Assembly (NCBI GenBank): GCA_965645245.1 | Contig: OZ287068.1 | Span: forward strand, 372,001-436,000 | Direction: 5' to 3' | From: Massalongia carnosa | Taxonomy: Eukaryota | Length of the DNA: 64,000 nucleotides | Shown here: positions 35,628-47,518 of the stretch, one piece after another | Numbering within the stretch: position 1 is the stretch's first letter | Layout of the letters: every line of letters starts with the position of its first letter | Position numbers and translations under genes: made by a program | Notes under the pieces: generated by a model | What the model saw: the letters and a program-made list of their open reading frames with translations, nothing else | Databases searched by the model: none | Told to the model about the DNA's origin: nothing

Positions 35628-37688
35628 CGTTGTGATGGATGACATTGGTCTCTAGCCGATGCTGTTTTCTGAAGCACGTTCGATCACAGTAAAAACGACG
35701 CTCTCGCATGAGCAAGTTAAAACACAACAACAAGTTGAAAGAATGGTATTACGAAGGAGCGCTACGATTGAAGTTGTTTCTCGGTTCTCGGGTTCTCAGG
35801 GTTCGGTACATCCACGCGCAGTACCTGGAGAAAAATAGGTCATGTCTCGATTGCCAACAGGAGGGCGGGGGCTATTCATTGTAGCTGGGCCTTTATATTT
35901 TAATGCTCAAAGCACGGGTTATTTTCTAACCCTTTTCGGTCCGTTAAGCATGAGGAGGGTGGGGGAAAGGGCGAGGAGAGTGAAATAGTGATGGCTGTTG
36001 TGAAATCAGGTACTAAGAGATGGCTTGCCTACCTACCTACCTACCTACCTACCTACTTCCCTCTTGGGAAGCGTTCTACATCCGACACGCTGCTATCGCT
36101 ATTGTTATTATTTTTTTGTTGGTGTCATGAAATAAGATTCCGCCCTTCCATTTTCGTTGACTCTAACATCCATCCACCTACCACCTTCTTCTTCGGCTTT
36201 CCCCTCCTCCCTCTCCACCTCCCTCGGAGGGAATTTCCCCCTCTTACACACATTCATCCATTGAGTCTATATCCCTCCCCCCGGTCAACTTCCCCTATCA
36301 TCTTCCCAAAACAACGTTCCTTCCTAAACCCCCCCCCCCCTTACCACAACCTAAAACTATCTATGTACTTGTTGTACCATCCTATCCCCATCCCGTATCG
36401 CCGTTCCACTCCCCTCTCCTGCCCTCGAGTTCCCGCGCCCCCCTGGGGGCGCGGGGGCGAACGTGTGAAGGTTGAGAGGTGGAGAGGATGGGAGTGCAAG
36501 GGAGGGAGAAGGGGGCGTGGGAAAGTCAGAAAGAGAGAGAAAGAAAAGAAAGAGGAGAGGTGAACACAATCGAAAAAGGGGGGACTTTATTTTAGTTACG
36601 GAAGAGCGAATGGGGTGTGAATTATTTAGAAAATTCGAAACTTGGGGGGGAAGGGGGGGGGGTTGCCGCTGTATTAAGAAAACCAGGAAACGGGGAAAAG
36701 AAATCCCGACACATAAAATTTGGGGGATTGCCTGAAATGCCGAAGAAACCAAACCAAACCAAAACTTCTTGTCCGACGGATTTTTTTCCGTTTCAGGCAC
36801 GTTGGTTCTTTCTTTTTGGGAGGGGGGAAGAAAAAAAAAGAAGAAAAAAAAAGGGGGGGAGAGAGAAGGGAAGAAAGGAAAAGAATGACGAGGAGATCGA
36901 TCGTATCGTATCGAAAGAAAGATGACAATCTTCCTCTTATCAATCTCTTTTCTTTTCTCATTTCTTTTTCCCTTGGAGAAATTGCTATTGTTGGAAAATA
37001 AAACACGGAGAAAGAATGAAATGAGATATACAAGGTTCAAAGAATTATCTCAAGACTAGGTTGAGGCTGAGGTAACCTTTTCGCTCTCCAGACACGAAAA
37101 AAAAACCCTTTCATACTCGTTCTTGTCTTGTTTATGTTTGTTTGTTCGTTTGAATGGAGTCACCCCCCCCTCGCTTTCTCTTCTTCCTCACTTGCTCATC
37201 TTAACCTATCTATTCCTTGCAAAAGGCGGCGGAGGGTGTGCGAACCGATAATTCAGTAGGAGGAGTGAATACCTAAATATCGAAAAGGATGACAGGTAGA
37301 GCCGTGGAGGAGGCATTAATTAGTCGATTTGATATTAAACTGTGACCAAGAGAAAAAAAACTATCTGAGGAGGTGTGGCAATAATGTGGAGCTGTGTGGA
37401 GAGAGAGAGAGTGTGAGATAGAGAAAAGAGTGCGAACGAGAGGATGATGGATAGTTTTGATAATTCCACGGCACAAAGAAGGTAGAAGTTAAAAAAAAAA
37501 AGGCGAAAGTTACGCCAGAGGGTATCCATCCATCCAACCAACTAGTAAAACCAAACGAGAGAAACCAAGCAGAAAACCTAATCTTCCCTAATTTTACCTT
37601 CGCATTTTAGAAAATGTCGTCCTCACAAATACCCCGTTCACCCCCAAACGAAGCACCGCCTTCGACCAATCAAGCCTCATGGCAGATC

Positions 37689-38861
37689 TTAAATATTCTC
37701 AATCACCCTCGCGTTCATGGCCTGCTGGAAGCCATCGTTGGCGTCGCCGCCAAAAGGTTGGCTCTTCGACCCATGACTGCTCGGCCCCTCGCCGTACGCG
37801 TCCGCCGTGGCCAACTGCTGCTGCACCGTCTGGTTCGTTCCGGGCAGGAAGATGACTTTGCTGTTGGCCGTCTTGGCCATGGCTTGCATGGCCTCCAGAT
37901 AGCGGATCTGCATCGCGGGCGCCGAGGACAGGATGTCCGCCGCCTGCCGCATCAGCTTGGCCGACTCCACTTCGGCGCGGGCGGCGATGACTTTCGACTC
38001 GCCGATCCGCTTCGCCTGCGCCGCCATGCTCAGGGAGTCCTGCAGCTCGGTGCTGAAGATGATGTCCTTGACCAGCATGCTCTCGACCTGCACGCCCCAT
38101 CCCGATGCGACCTCCTCGATGATTTCGCCAATGGACTGCGCAATCTCCTCGCGGCGTTCGATGACGTCTTGCAGCACGCGGGCTCCCACGACATGCCGCA
38201 GGGTGGTCTGGGTGCGCTCGACCAGGGCTTGGCGGATGTTGGAGATGCCGAAAGCGGCCTTGTGGGGGGAGATGATGTGGTAGTAGATCACGGAGGTGAG
38301 GTGCAGGTTGACGTTATCTTTGGTCATGCACACTTGCTTTGGCACCTCTGAGCAAATACATTAGCAGGTTTGGCTGATTATGCAAGCGAGGAGGAGAATA
38401 CGCACCAACGATCTGAATCTTGACGTCGACTTGGATAAGCTTTTCTGATAAGGGATTGATTTTGACGAGACCTGGATCCACGGCGCGGTAAAAGCGCCCG
38501 AACTTGGTGACAAGGCCAACGTTGCCCTGGTCCACAGGTTTGTATGGATTCGGGCAAACGACGCAGCATGGGATGGCTCCTAAGCACCCAATACACGATC
38601 CGAGCGCGTTGACTGCAACGGTGTAAGCGGAAAAAGAAACGATCATGTGGGCAGGCTTATCGTACTCATCGACCCATACCATCCATGTGATCCCGCGTCC
38701 TCGCTTTCGCCCTGAAGGATTTGCGCATAGGCTGGCTGAAGATCTTCTCTTCGCGGCGGTTGCACGTTGATCAAGGTATTGCCCGCTGGCCCCGAGCCTC
38801 CATTGTGAAAGCCATTTGTCGAAGCCGAAGATTTCCCGTTATCGAGTGGTGCAGATCCCAT
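37689..38861 (-). CDS. Stomatin/SPFH (band 7) family membrane protein, 3 exons
   Basis: GAIPCCVVCPNPYKPVDQGNVGLVTKFGRF; MTKDNVNLHL; TTLRHVVG; WGVQVESMLVKDI; AADILSSAPAMQIRYLEAM. Confidence 0.93.
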
Positions 38862-39719
38862 GGTGGGGGGGAGCTTTTTTCCAGCTAAGGTGAGACTGAC
38901 GGTGCTAATATACTTCGTGTAGAAGACAGGATGAGGAGAATCGAGAGTGGCTGTGAAGTTGTGAAACTGTGAGATTGTGAGGTTGTACGATTGATGAGGG
39001 AGATGAGGAGGGAGAAATGGGAGTGAAGGATGATATTACGTGCTGAGAAGAAGCGGGGCACAAGCGACAAGGGTAACGGGAATGGAGCTAGAGCGAAAGA
39101 GGATAAGCCCTGGCGATTGGGGCTGAGCCGGGTCATGCGAGTGAGTGAAGCTAGAAGCGTCCCAGGGTACTAGCGAGCTGCTCGTACAAGGTATGATACT
39201 AGCGTGAGAGCTCAGTCCATCCGAGAATCCCAAGATCAGAGAAGAACGCTTGATATCCTCATGATATCATCACTTTGTTCTCCTCCGATACACCGTAGCT
39301 CGGTATATTTTTAGGGCGGAAAACTAAACCATCCTGAGCGGGTGGCTGTTGGAGAGACGGGTTGCATTCCTAGCCTTCTATCCAGAGTACGAAGTGATGT
39401 CTTGCCCTCTTGCCAAACACTGCCTCATGTGCTGCTGCCCTTGAGTAAACCGCTCAACTGGTCACATCGTTACATTTCACGAACGAGGGAATTACTACAG
39501 AGAGAAAATGCCTCGAAGGACGCGCGCGACCCGCCTAACAGCCAAGATGGAGGTGGCTTCTGTTCTATTTTAGGTCGATGGAATTTACCTTCTACTTGCT
39601 TGTCGTCTTGTGATACTGACCGGTGCCAACCGTTAAAATGATCGATATTTTGATACCCGAGGATATTGTTCTCGGCCCGAAGTACCCCATTATCAAGTTT
39701 TGTGGGCGATAAATCTCAA

Positions 39720-41326
39720 CGAGATGCTTAGGGACAGTCCCCCCCCGACAACCCCCCCTCCCCCTGTGTAAATCTTTGCTAGTAAACAGCCATTTCACTG
39801 CTCATTCAGGGTGCGTACAAGCTAGTAATGCAACTGCCAACAGCACATTAAACTCTTTTCGGTTTAAATCGTATGACCTGTTATTGCTACTTATAATTAT
39901 CTTGCTCGGTCTGATAGAGCATATCCTCACCCTCATTTATCATTTGCCCTTGTCCTTGTCCTAACCCTTTGTTCTCTCTAAATCTCTTCTTTCACTTATG
40001 CTATACCTCGTATTATATATTTTACTACTTCTCATCGCGATGAAGTTCGATCTCACTTCTTTGAATGCACGAAAGCAACATGTCATTGCCCTTCTATTCT
40101 CACCTCATCTTCTTCCTCCGCAAGAGGATGAGTTATTTTCGTCTTCAAGACTATCCCTTCATTCAAAGCTTCGCGTTGATCACAGAAACTCACGATAAGA
40201 AAAACCATTTAATCGTATTAGACTACACACGCCATCACAAAAGAGTTAGAAACATTAGAAAAGTAGAGAAGAAAGATCGAATGCAAGTCAATATCAAAGT
40301 TTCGTCCAATGAGTGCCCTTATCGCCTCCATCTCAAAAAAAAATCAAAAACAATGCATGAAGACTAATAATTACTAACTCCGAGCACAATCATGAAATGA
40401 TCACTGATCCCTTTGCATTCAGAAAACATCATAATAGAAATCCTGATCGAACAGATGTCCTAAATCAAGAAAAGAGTCTCCGTGCATCGTCAACCCAATA
40501 TGACCAAGCAGCGAGAATATTAGGAATCCAAGGACTCCGTCTGTCAAGAAGCGATTATTATAATCTCGCTCATTCGAAGGAAGCTCACACGCCTGAAGAA
40601 GAAATTCTTTTTGTCTTGAGCTCGTTGAAAGACAGGAATTTTCATGTACGATGTAAGGAAAAATATATTGTTAAGAATAATGTGCGAGAAAAACGAGTGA
40701 TAAATTTTTTTTTTTGCAATGCAGCAAATTAGACTGACTCGACGTTTCGTGAATGAATTTTTATTAGAAACGAATGCAACGTTCAATACTAATATATTGA
40801 ACTTGCCTTTATCCGTTTTGATTGAAATCACTAACATCGACCTTTCGTTTCCCGTCGCTTATTGCTATATAACTTAATCCTACCTCAGACAGCGCCGCCT
40901 CCATCTCTTTATAGTCTTAGTCAAAACGTGCGCGCCAGTCAAATTCTCCCTACTCCCTCTGCAACAACGCGAAGGTCTCGAGATGTGACGAAGAAATCAA
41001 AGGCTCAGTTGAAGTTGAGATCTCAGCAAAGAGTCGAGAAATCAGTCAAACAGGTTAGGGCTCAAAGCGAGAAAGAAAACGGCGATGAGAAAGGTGCCTA
41101 AAACCATGAAGCCTAGAAAAGATGATGTATCGCAATTGACTGACGAGTTTTTGAAGTTGAAGTCATCGCAATCGGTAGATTTGTAGATGTTGAATACACT
41201 TAGTCAGTAACAGCAACATTATTAATACGTAGTGTAACTGCTAGCTTGTACGCACCCTGGATGAGTAGTAAAATGGCTATTTACTAGTAAAGATTTACAC
41301 AGGGGGGACTGTCCCTAAGCATCTCG
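39720..41326 (+). mobile_element. Non-autonomous Mutator-like (MULE) DNA transposon, internally deleted
   Basis: TIRs cgagatgcttagggacagtccccc...gtacaagctag (39720-39825) and its reverse complement (41241-41326); perfect 9-bp TSD AAATCTCAA at 39711-39719 and 41327-41335; transposase remnants HNHEMITDPF and (D>N)ATFNTNILNLPLSVLI(G>E)ITN...SFPVAYCY, which stop abruptly near 40873. Confidence 0.92.
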
Positions 41327-41769
41327 AAATCTCAATACGTTGACATCAAAGACGCCCCGTGTCTTTACAGGGGTAACGCTGCCCATGAATGCTGTCGACC
41401 ATTTTTTCCGAAGCAGACTCGGCAGCTTGTTTCTCGAGGTCCACGACGTTTCTCAAAGCTGCGCTCCTTAGTATGGCCGCATTCTCGCATTTTGGCAGTG
41501 TTTTGGCAGAATACCTACCTACTCGAGCCCTATCACCGAACTTAGGCTGGTGATAAGATGGAAGCGCCAAGACGACCGACTGTCGCTGGGGTTCTTTTCT
41601 GGAACAATTCCTTTCGACTTTGTAACCGCTTGATTGTGCTTTCCTCGTTCTTAACTTCTTGTGCGAAAGCCATGCGATAGAGCCGAAGAACCCTAGGGAT
41701 ATTTTGTGTAATGATGATTGATTCTTGTACCGATCTGACACCGGCCGAAGGCCGGCCCATGCGGGCTAT

Positions 41770-42365
41770 CTACTTATTGCCATTATCCCAAACGTGTTCC
41801 GTTTCTGGACTGCATTCTTCACTCGATGTTCTGTGAAATCCTTGACAAAATGAGAGTTATCACTCGTATAACAGTTGCGATGCTAGTGAAAATTGGGTCA
41901 CCAAATTTGCTTTTATTATCCATGTGGTTAGTTTTCTCAACATTTTCGACGAGCTCATGATCGTTCGATAGTCGTTAGTGCCTATTTGTTTTAGCACTTC
42001 GTATCTGCCGTCGATTAGCCTGCAATGTAGAATGATGTGTTTGGCTGTCTGCTTCTGCCATCCGCACGAGCAGGCCGGGGTCATAACGCCCGGTACCCGA
42101 CGATTGAACAGGAAGTTTGCCAAGCCTATTTTTTCGGTGCGGATTTGCGTGCTTAGCGCGCTTTCCGCTTTCATCAGGTTGTTGTGAATCTTCAGTCTCG
42201 TCCTACTGAGAGATCCCAACTGTGCCTCTGTCGGGCGGGGAATGCGGTTCTGGTACGTCTTCCATTTGGAGTCCCAGCGTTCCTTGATGCGTTCTGTGGT
42301 GGTATATTTTGTGTAATGACTTCGTCGAATGATAAACTTCTTGTCCTTTTCTTCTTCTCACCAGT
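41770..42365 (-). mobile_element. 5'-truncated 3' fragment of a non-LTR retrotransposon (Tad1/I-like LINE ORF2 C-terminus)
   Basis: RWDSKWKTYQ...IHNNLMKAESALSTQIRTEKIGLANFLFNRRVPGVMTPACSCGWQKQTAKHIILHC, the CCHC-bearing C-terminus of fungal LINE ORF2. Boundaries are approximate. Confidence 0.8.
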
Positions 42366-42445
42366 AAGAATCCTGTATGAAATTCGAGAGAAAATTCAAG
42401 TCCTAGCAAATGAAACTATGCCAAACGAGAGACTTGAGTTCCTTA

Positions 42446-44965
42446 GGGTACGGATACAGGGACACCCTTTTGGTTACATGGACACCCCCTGGGGTTACAG
42501 GGACACCCCCTAGGGATACAGGGACACCCTTTTCCTAGAATAGGTAAGAATCAAGGGTCCAGCCCCTTCACTTATCCACTTCGGGGTAAGCTCCGGGCGC
42601 AACTTGGGAAAAAATTTCACTCATCATCATGTCGACGTCTCAATCATCTGACCAACTTATATCTCCTGAGGATGGCCAAAACTTTGAATCTTTGAAAGAC
42701 CTTATTCTACGTGTGAATGAACATGCCGGTCGTCAAGGATACGCTGTTGTCTTGGGTCGTACCAAGAAATCGAAGCTCAAGATGACGAGAAAGGCATGAC
42801 TGATGTGCGATCGAGGAAGGAAATTCAATGAACCAAAGGACCAGGATCGACGACATACAGGAAGCAAATGTATTGAATGTCCTTTTTCTTGCGTGGCCAC
42901 GCGGGAAAACGAGAGTGGTATATGGCTTCTGGAGGTCGTCACATCGTCTCATAATCATACATCCACTCTCGTTGATGCTCATCCAGCATTGAGGAAAATG
43001 GCGATGACGACGGAGGTTAAAAGCGAAATTTCTCGAGCATTGACCGTCCAGACAGTACCTTCAAAGATTCTATCTAGTCTTCGTATTCCTGATCCGACGA
43101 CGAAAGTTAATGACGATCCAGAAGATCTCTACATCATCAATCCCCTGTTTAAGCCTCGGGATATCTATAACTTCGAGGCACAGCTTCGTCGCGAGGCGCT
43201 CGGCCCATTGACTCCGGTGCAGGCATTAATTCGGGAGCTGAATGAGAGATTGAACGTATGAGATGCAAAAGGATGAGCTGAATAAGATAACCCATCTATT
43301 CTTCATCAAGGGCAGTTCCCAACGATTACTGAAGACGAATTATGAGGTCTTGATGATGAACTGCACATACAAGACTAACAGGTATAAAATGTCCTTATTG
43401 ATCAGTGATCAAGCGTTCTAATGATCAACAGGTATAAGTTGCCCTTATTGAGCATCAGTGGTCAAACAGTTCTACATACCAACTTCTACGTTGCATTTTG
43501 TTTCATGACCAAGGAAGCAACGTCTGATTACACATGAGTTTTAACCCAATTGCGGAGTGTGTATAGAGAGTTGGAACTTCCTAATCCGACGATCATCGTA
43601 ACGAACATGGAAAGAGGTCTGATGATTGCAATTGAGGTTTTTTTCCCCAGTTCTACAACCAATCATCTACTCTGTCTGTGGCATATCAATAACAACGTCA
43701 TAGTCAACTGCAAGAAGTTTTTGATACCAAAGAGGCATGGAACGTTTTCTTCACTGATTGGAAATCAGTCCTTTACGCATCATCTGAACCAGAGTTTTTG
43801 AAGACATGAGAGCGATTCAGTATTCAATATGAAGGTCAGAATCAGTGTGTGAGTTATTTGAATGAGACCTACATACCTTTTCGTCATCGCTTTGTGAAGT
43901 GCTATACCAGCACAATTATGCATTTCGAGACCACCATCACCTCTCGAGGAGAAGGCGGGCATGCAGCGCTAAAGCGACAGTAAGGATCATCGTCTGGAGA
44001 TCTTAAGACTGTGATGAACGGGATTAACTTACTATTGATCAATGAACTTCACAATCATCTGATTCGTCTCGATGAGGCCAAGACGCAACTACCACTGAAT
44101 CTTCGTAAATCAATCTTTCAGGAAATAACTCCATACGTCAAAGATAATGCCTCAATACGAACGTTTGACTGATCAATCAACAGCACTTCCGGCCTGCACC
44201 GGCATGTTCAACTCAACCATGGGTCTGCCGTGCAGTCATAAAATTCAGGAAAGATTGTATGAAGAAGTGATGGGGGGGAAAGGTTGTTGCTGGAAGATAT
44301 TCATCCTCATTGAAGGTTTGATAGGACAGCTCGTCTGGCAGTTGAAAATCCTTATCTTCCGGTTCAAGAACCCGAAGTTGCAAGACCACGGGGTCGACCC
44401 CCAGGTACAGAGAATGTGAATAGGAGACAGCAAGCATTCGATGCATCTACAAATCGTGATCCTTACCTTTTTGAACGGGTGGAAGCGGAGATCATCGACC
44501 AAGCAGCTCATCAGACGGATCCGGCCCCCGGTCGTGGACGAGGCAGACGAGGTGGAAGACGGGGGGGTAGAGCACGGAAGGGTAGGACTTGGGGAGCTAT
44601 AACTAGGGGATTGGCACTGAGGCTGGCAGCAACAGTGGATAACTCGGCGACGGCGACGGCGACAGCAAGCTGAGATGATGTTATCATCATTATTAGTCAA
44701 ATGAGGCTTAGCTTACAGAATCAGAGTCTGATTTGCAAAGACAGTGCCAATCGACTCCGTTTCAGCAATTGTCAACCACCTTTCAAAGGTGGAATTTTTT
44801 GCTCATGCGCTCGGAGCTTACCCCGAAGTGGATAAGTGAGGGGGCTGGACCCTTGATTCTTACCTATTCTAGGAAAGGGGTGTCCCTGTATCCCTAGGGG
44901 GCGTCCCTGTAACCCCAAGGGGTGTCCATGTAACCAAAGGGGTGTGGGTCCCTGTATCCGTACCC
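42446..44965 (+). mobile_element. Near full-length Mutator-like (Hop-type) transposon with an inactivated transposase
   Basis: About 155-bp TIRs gggtacggatacagggac...ggtaagctccg; 8-bp TSD GTTCCTTA at 42438-42445 and 44966-44973. Transposase from ATG about 42629 has a FAR1-like domain (QGYAVV...CDRG...CPF...HNH), MULE core (M[D>N]CTYKTNRY, T[D>N]MERGL, LLCLWHIN, TTSRGEGGH) and SWIM finger (CTGMFNSTMGLPCSH); multiple stops and frameshifts. Confidence 0.95.
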
Positions 44966-44989
44966 GTTCCTTAACCTCGAAACAATGTA

Positions 44990-46971
44990 TCGCTTAGCTG
45001 CCTCCATACGAGGTGTACCAACCTCTAGTCGGGGGAAAGCGGTCTGCGTAGGCAAGCGATCTGCGTAGTTTCAATTTCAGGATTCACCCATTTTACCACC
45101 TATTTAGCAGCTTTTTGCAACACTTCTCGACCGCAACCTACGACCGTTAGCTGTTATTATTCATACCATAGATAGATATCAACTGTACATCCTAACTGCT
45201 CATTTATCAACCGGGAATGCATTATATTTTTTCCAATTTCAGCAGTTTTATCACCTATTTACAACTCATTTGCGACGCCGTCTCATCATCATTTGCAACC
45301 TCCATTTGCTTTATTTTCAACCTCATTTGCAAATATTATTAATAAGTAGACATATATCAACTGTGCGTTCTAATAGTGACTCCTAGTCTGACGATAGCCC
45401 CCTTGATAAAAGTTAAACTGCTCATCCTCATCACCCTCATCACCCTCATCACCCTCATCACCATCATCACCCTCATCACCCTCATCACCCTCATCACCCT
45501 CATCACCCTCATCATCCTCATCACCCTCATCACCCTCATCACCCTCATCACCCTCATCACCCTCATCACCCTCATCACCCTCATCACCCTCATCACCCTC
45601 ATCACCCTCATCACCCTCATCACCCTCATCATTCTCATTAATCTCAGTGTTGAACTCTGCAAGGACATCTTGGATAGTCTTATCATGCCAATGCTTATAG
45701 GGTTGAAATACGCCCACATCAAGGGGTTGCATACAATGAGTCAGATGTGGTATCAGGGGGAGAGGGCGAATGTGATTTTCATTGGCAAGCTTTATAAACT
45801 CAGGGGTGCAATAAGTCCCATGATTATCCAAGAGCATCAATTTCTACTGCTTTGTAGGCCCCGAGTTTGTATTCGCAATGAAATGCTTCAAAAATTCAAT
45901 GGCTATTTCATCGGTGATGAACCCACTTTCTAATACTTCAATCAGAGTCCCCGTGGGCAGCCCCTCTTGGAACCAGTTCTGCATTATTCTATGACCTTGC
46001 ATGATTAAAACAGGAGAAGGTGGTTGATGACCGGCGGCGTTGATGCTTGATTGAATAGAACTCCTTAATATCTGATGGAACTAGAATTTCATGACCCTTC
46101 ATACACTCAACTCTAAATCCTGCTTCATCAAAGTTCCAGATATCTTGTGAATGAGTTATCCCCAACTCTGCAAGAACCCGCTGATATCGATCAAACCATA
46201 ATCTTACATCTGACTCCTGAGCCGCAGTATATCGAACAACTGCCAGCGGCTTAGTCTTTATCTTGTGCAGGCCATTGTCTTTCCACCATTGCCTAAACCA
46301 CCGCGGACTTGGATCATTGAATTCGGCATCTTGAGCACGTTTCAGAGTCTTAATGGCAGCAAAAACCACTTTATGAGTAGGTTGAATGCCATACGCATTC
46401 AGAGATCGAATGAATTCGTGAATGGCTCTGACCTGATACTCCTCCAGTATTTTGTTCTACCCTTCAATTTTCTTCGGCGGCGTCTTTTCACGTTCAATTG
46501 AACTGTATAGAGTGATGTCGACGAGGTTGAAGATTCGAGCAGCGCAAACGATGCTCTCCTTGGGGTTTTCTAATAAAACTGCTTAGCATTTTGCACGCGC
46601 GTTGCAATAGAATCACTGGTTTTAATAAGGTTCTTATTCATGATGCTGCTGCTATTCATGATTGAGGTGGGGAGCGGTTGATGAAATAGGGAGAGAGTGA
46701 TTGACGAAATAGGAGGCATGCAACTGATGCGGTCGCGATTGAATAAAGGTGAATATCCCGGTTAATCAATGAGTAGTTAGGATGTGCAGTTGATATCTAT
46801 CTATGGTATGAATAATAACAGCTAACGTTCGGTCGAGAAGTGTTGCAAAAAGCTGCTAAATAGGTGGTAAAATGGGTGAATCCTGAAATTGAAACTACGC
46901 AGATCGCTTGCCTACGCAGACCGCTTTCCCCGACTAGAGGTGGTACACCTCGTATGGAGGCAGCTAAGCGA
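44990..46971 (-). mobile_element. pogo/Fot1-family (Tc1-mariner) transposon, deleted and frameshifted, with long inverted repeats
   Basis: Inverted repeats about 44990-45216 and 46756-46971; HTH region GGQNKIL...PSPRWFRQW; DDD motifs WNFDEAGF, LLLDNHG and HLTHCMQPLDVGVFQPYK. Confidence 0.92.
45421..45630 (-). repeat. 9-bp minisatellite (GATGAGGGT)n, about 23 copies, encoding (GDE)n in the transposase frame
   Basis: Plus strand (caccctcat)n with two variant units; in frame with QPLDVGVF in ORF 45370-45840. Confidence 0.95.
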
Positions 46972-47518
46972 GGCCGACGATTAGATCCCTCCTCAACTAA
47001 ATAGCGTTATGAAATGAATAAATAGACATGTACTTACAGGAAAGGCCTACCGCACTCGTTTTCATCCAACCAATTACTAAGCGTTCAAACTGCGACGAGG
47101 GGCTGTTATTCTGTACGTGGATTATCGCTTAGCGCTAGTTAATGTGCGCGCGGAAAGCTTCTGACGTCATGCGAATAACCGTTAAATATTACCGTACGGA
47201 GAACTCGGTACAAAGTGGAAGTCGTAACTTATGTAATGCTCTCCAACAACTTACCAGTGCCTCCATGAGGCACAAATCGTCCAACGGACGGCCTACGCTT
47301 ATTACATGAAACATCGTAGTTAGTTATGGGTAGAGAGGATCCTACTCATGCCTTCCTGAGTGGTTTGCCCTCAGTCGTTTCCCGCTCCTTCATCTCCGCC
47401 GTCGGTTGCTGCCTATTCGTTGGTGCTCTCTCGATTCCTGGTTCAGTCCTTTTCTCTATTTCGTGAACGTATTCACTCATTCCGGACGCAATCGCTCACA
47501 GTGCATACTCGCAACGAA

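Noticed and set aside
35988..37040. Several 100-230 aa ORFs
   Set aside because: They arise from low-complexity homopolymer-rich intergenic DNA and have no domain motifs.
42446..42540. Regularly spaced 21-bp repeats resembling a CRISPR array
   Set aside because: No unique spacers; they are subrepeats of a MULE TIR mirrored at 44870-44965; eukaryotic context with no cas genes.
45357..45933. ORFs encoding (MRV)n and (ITL)n
   Set aside because: Alternative-frame readings of the 9-bp minisatellite.
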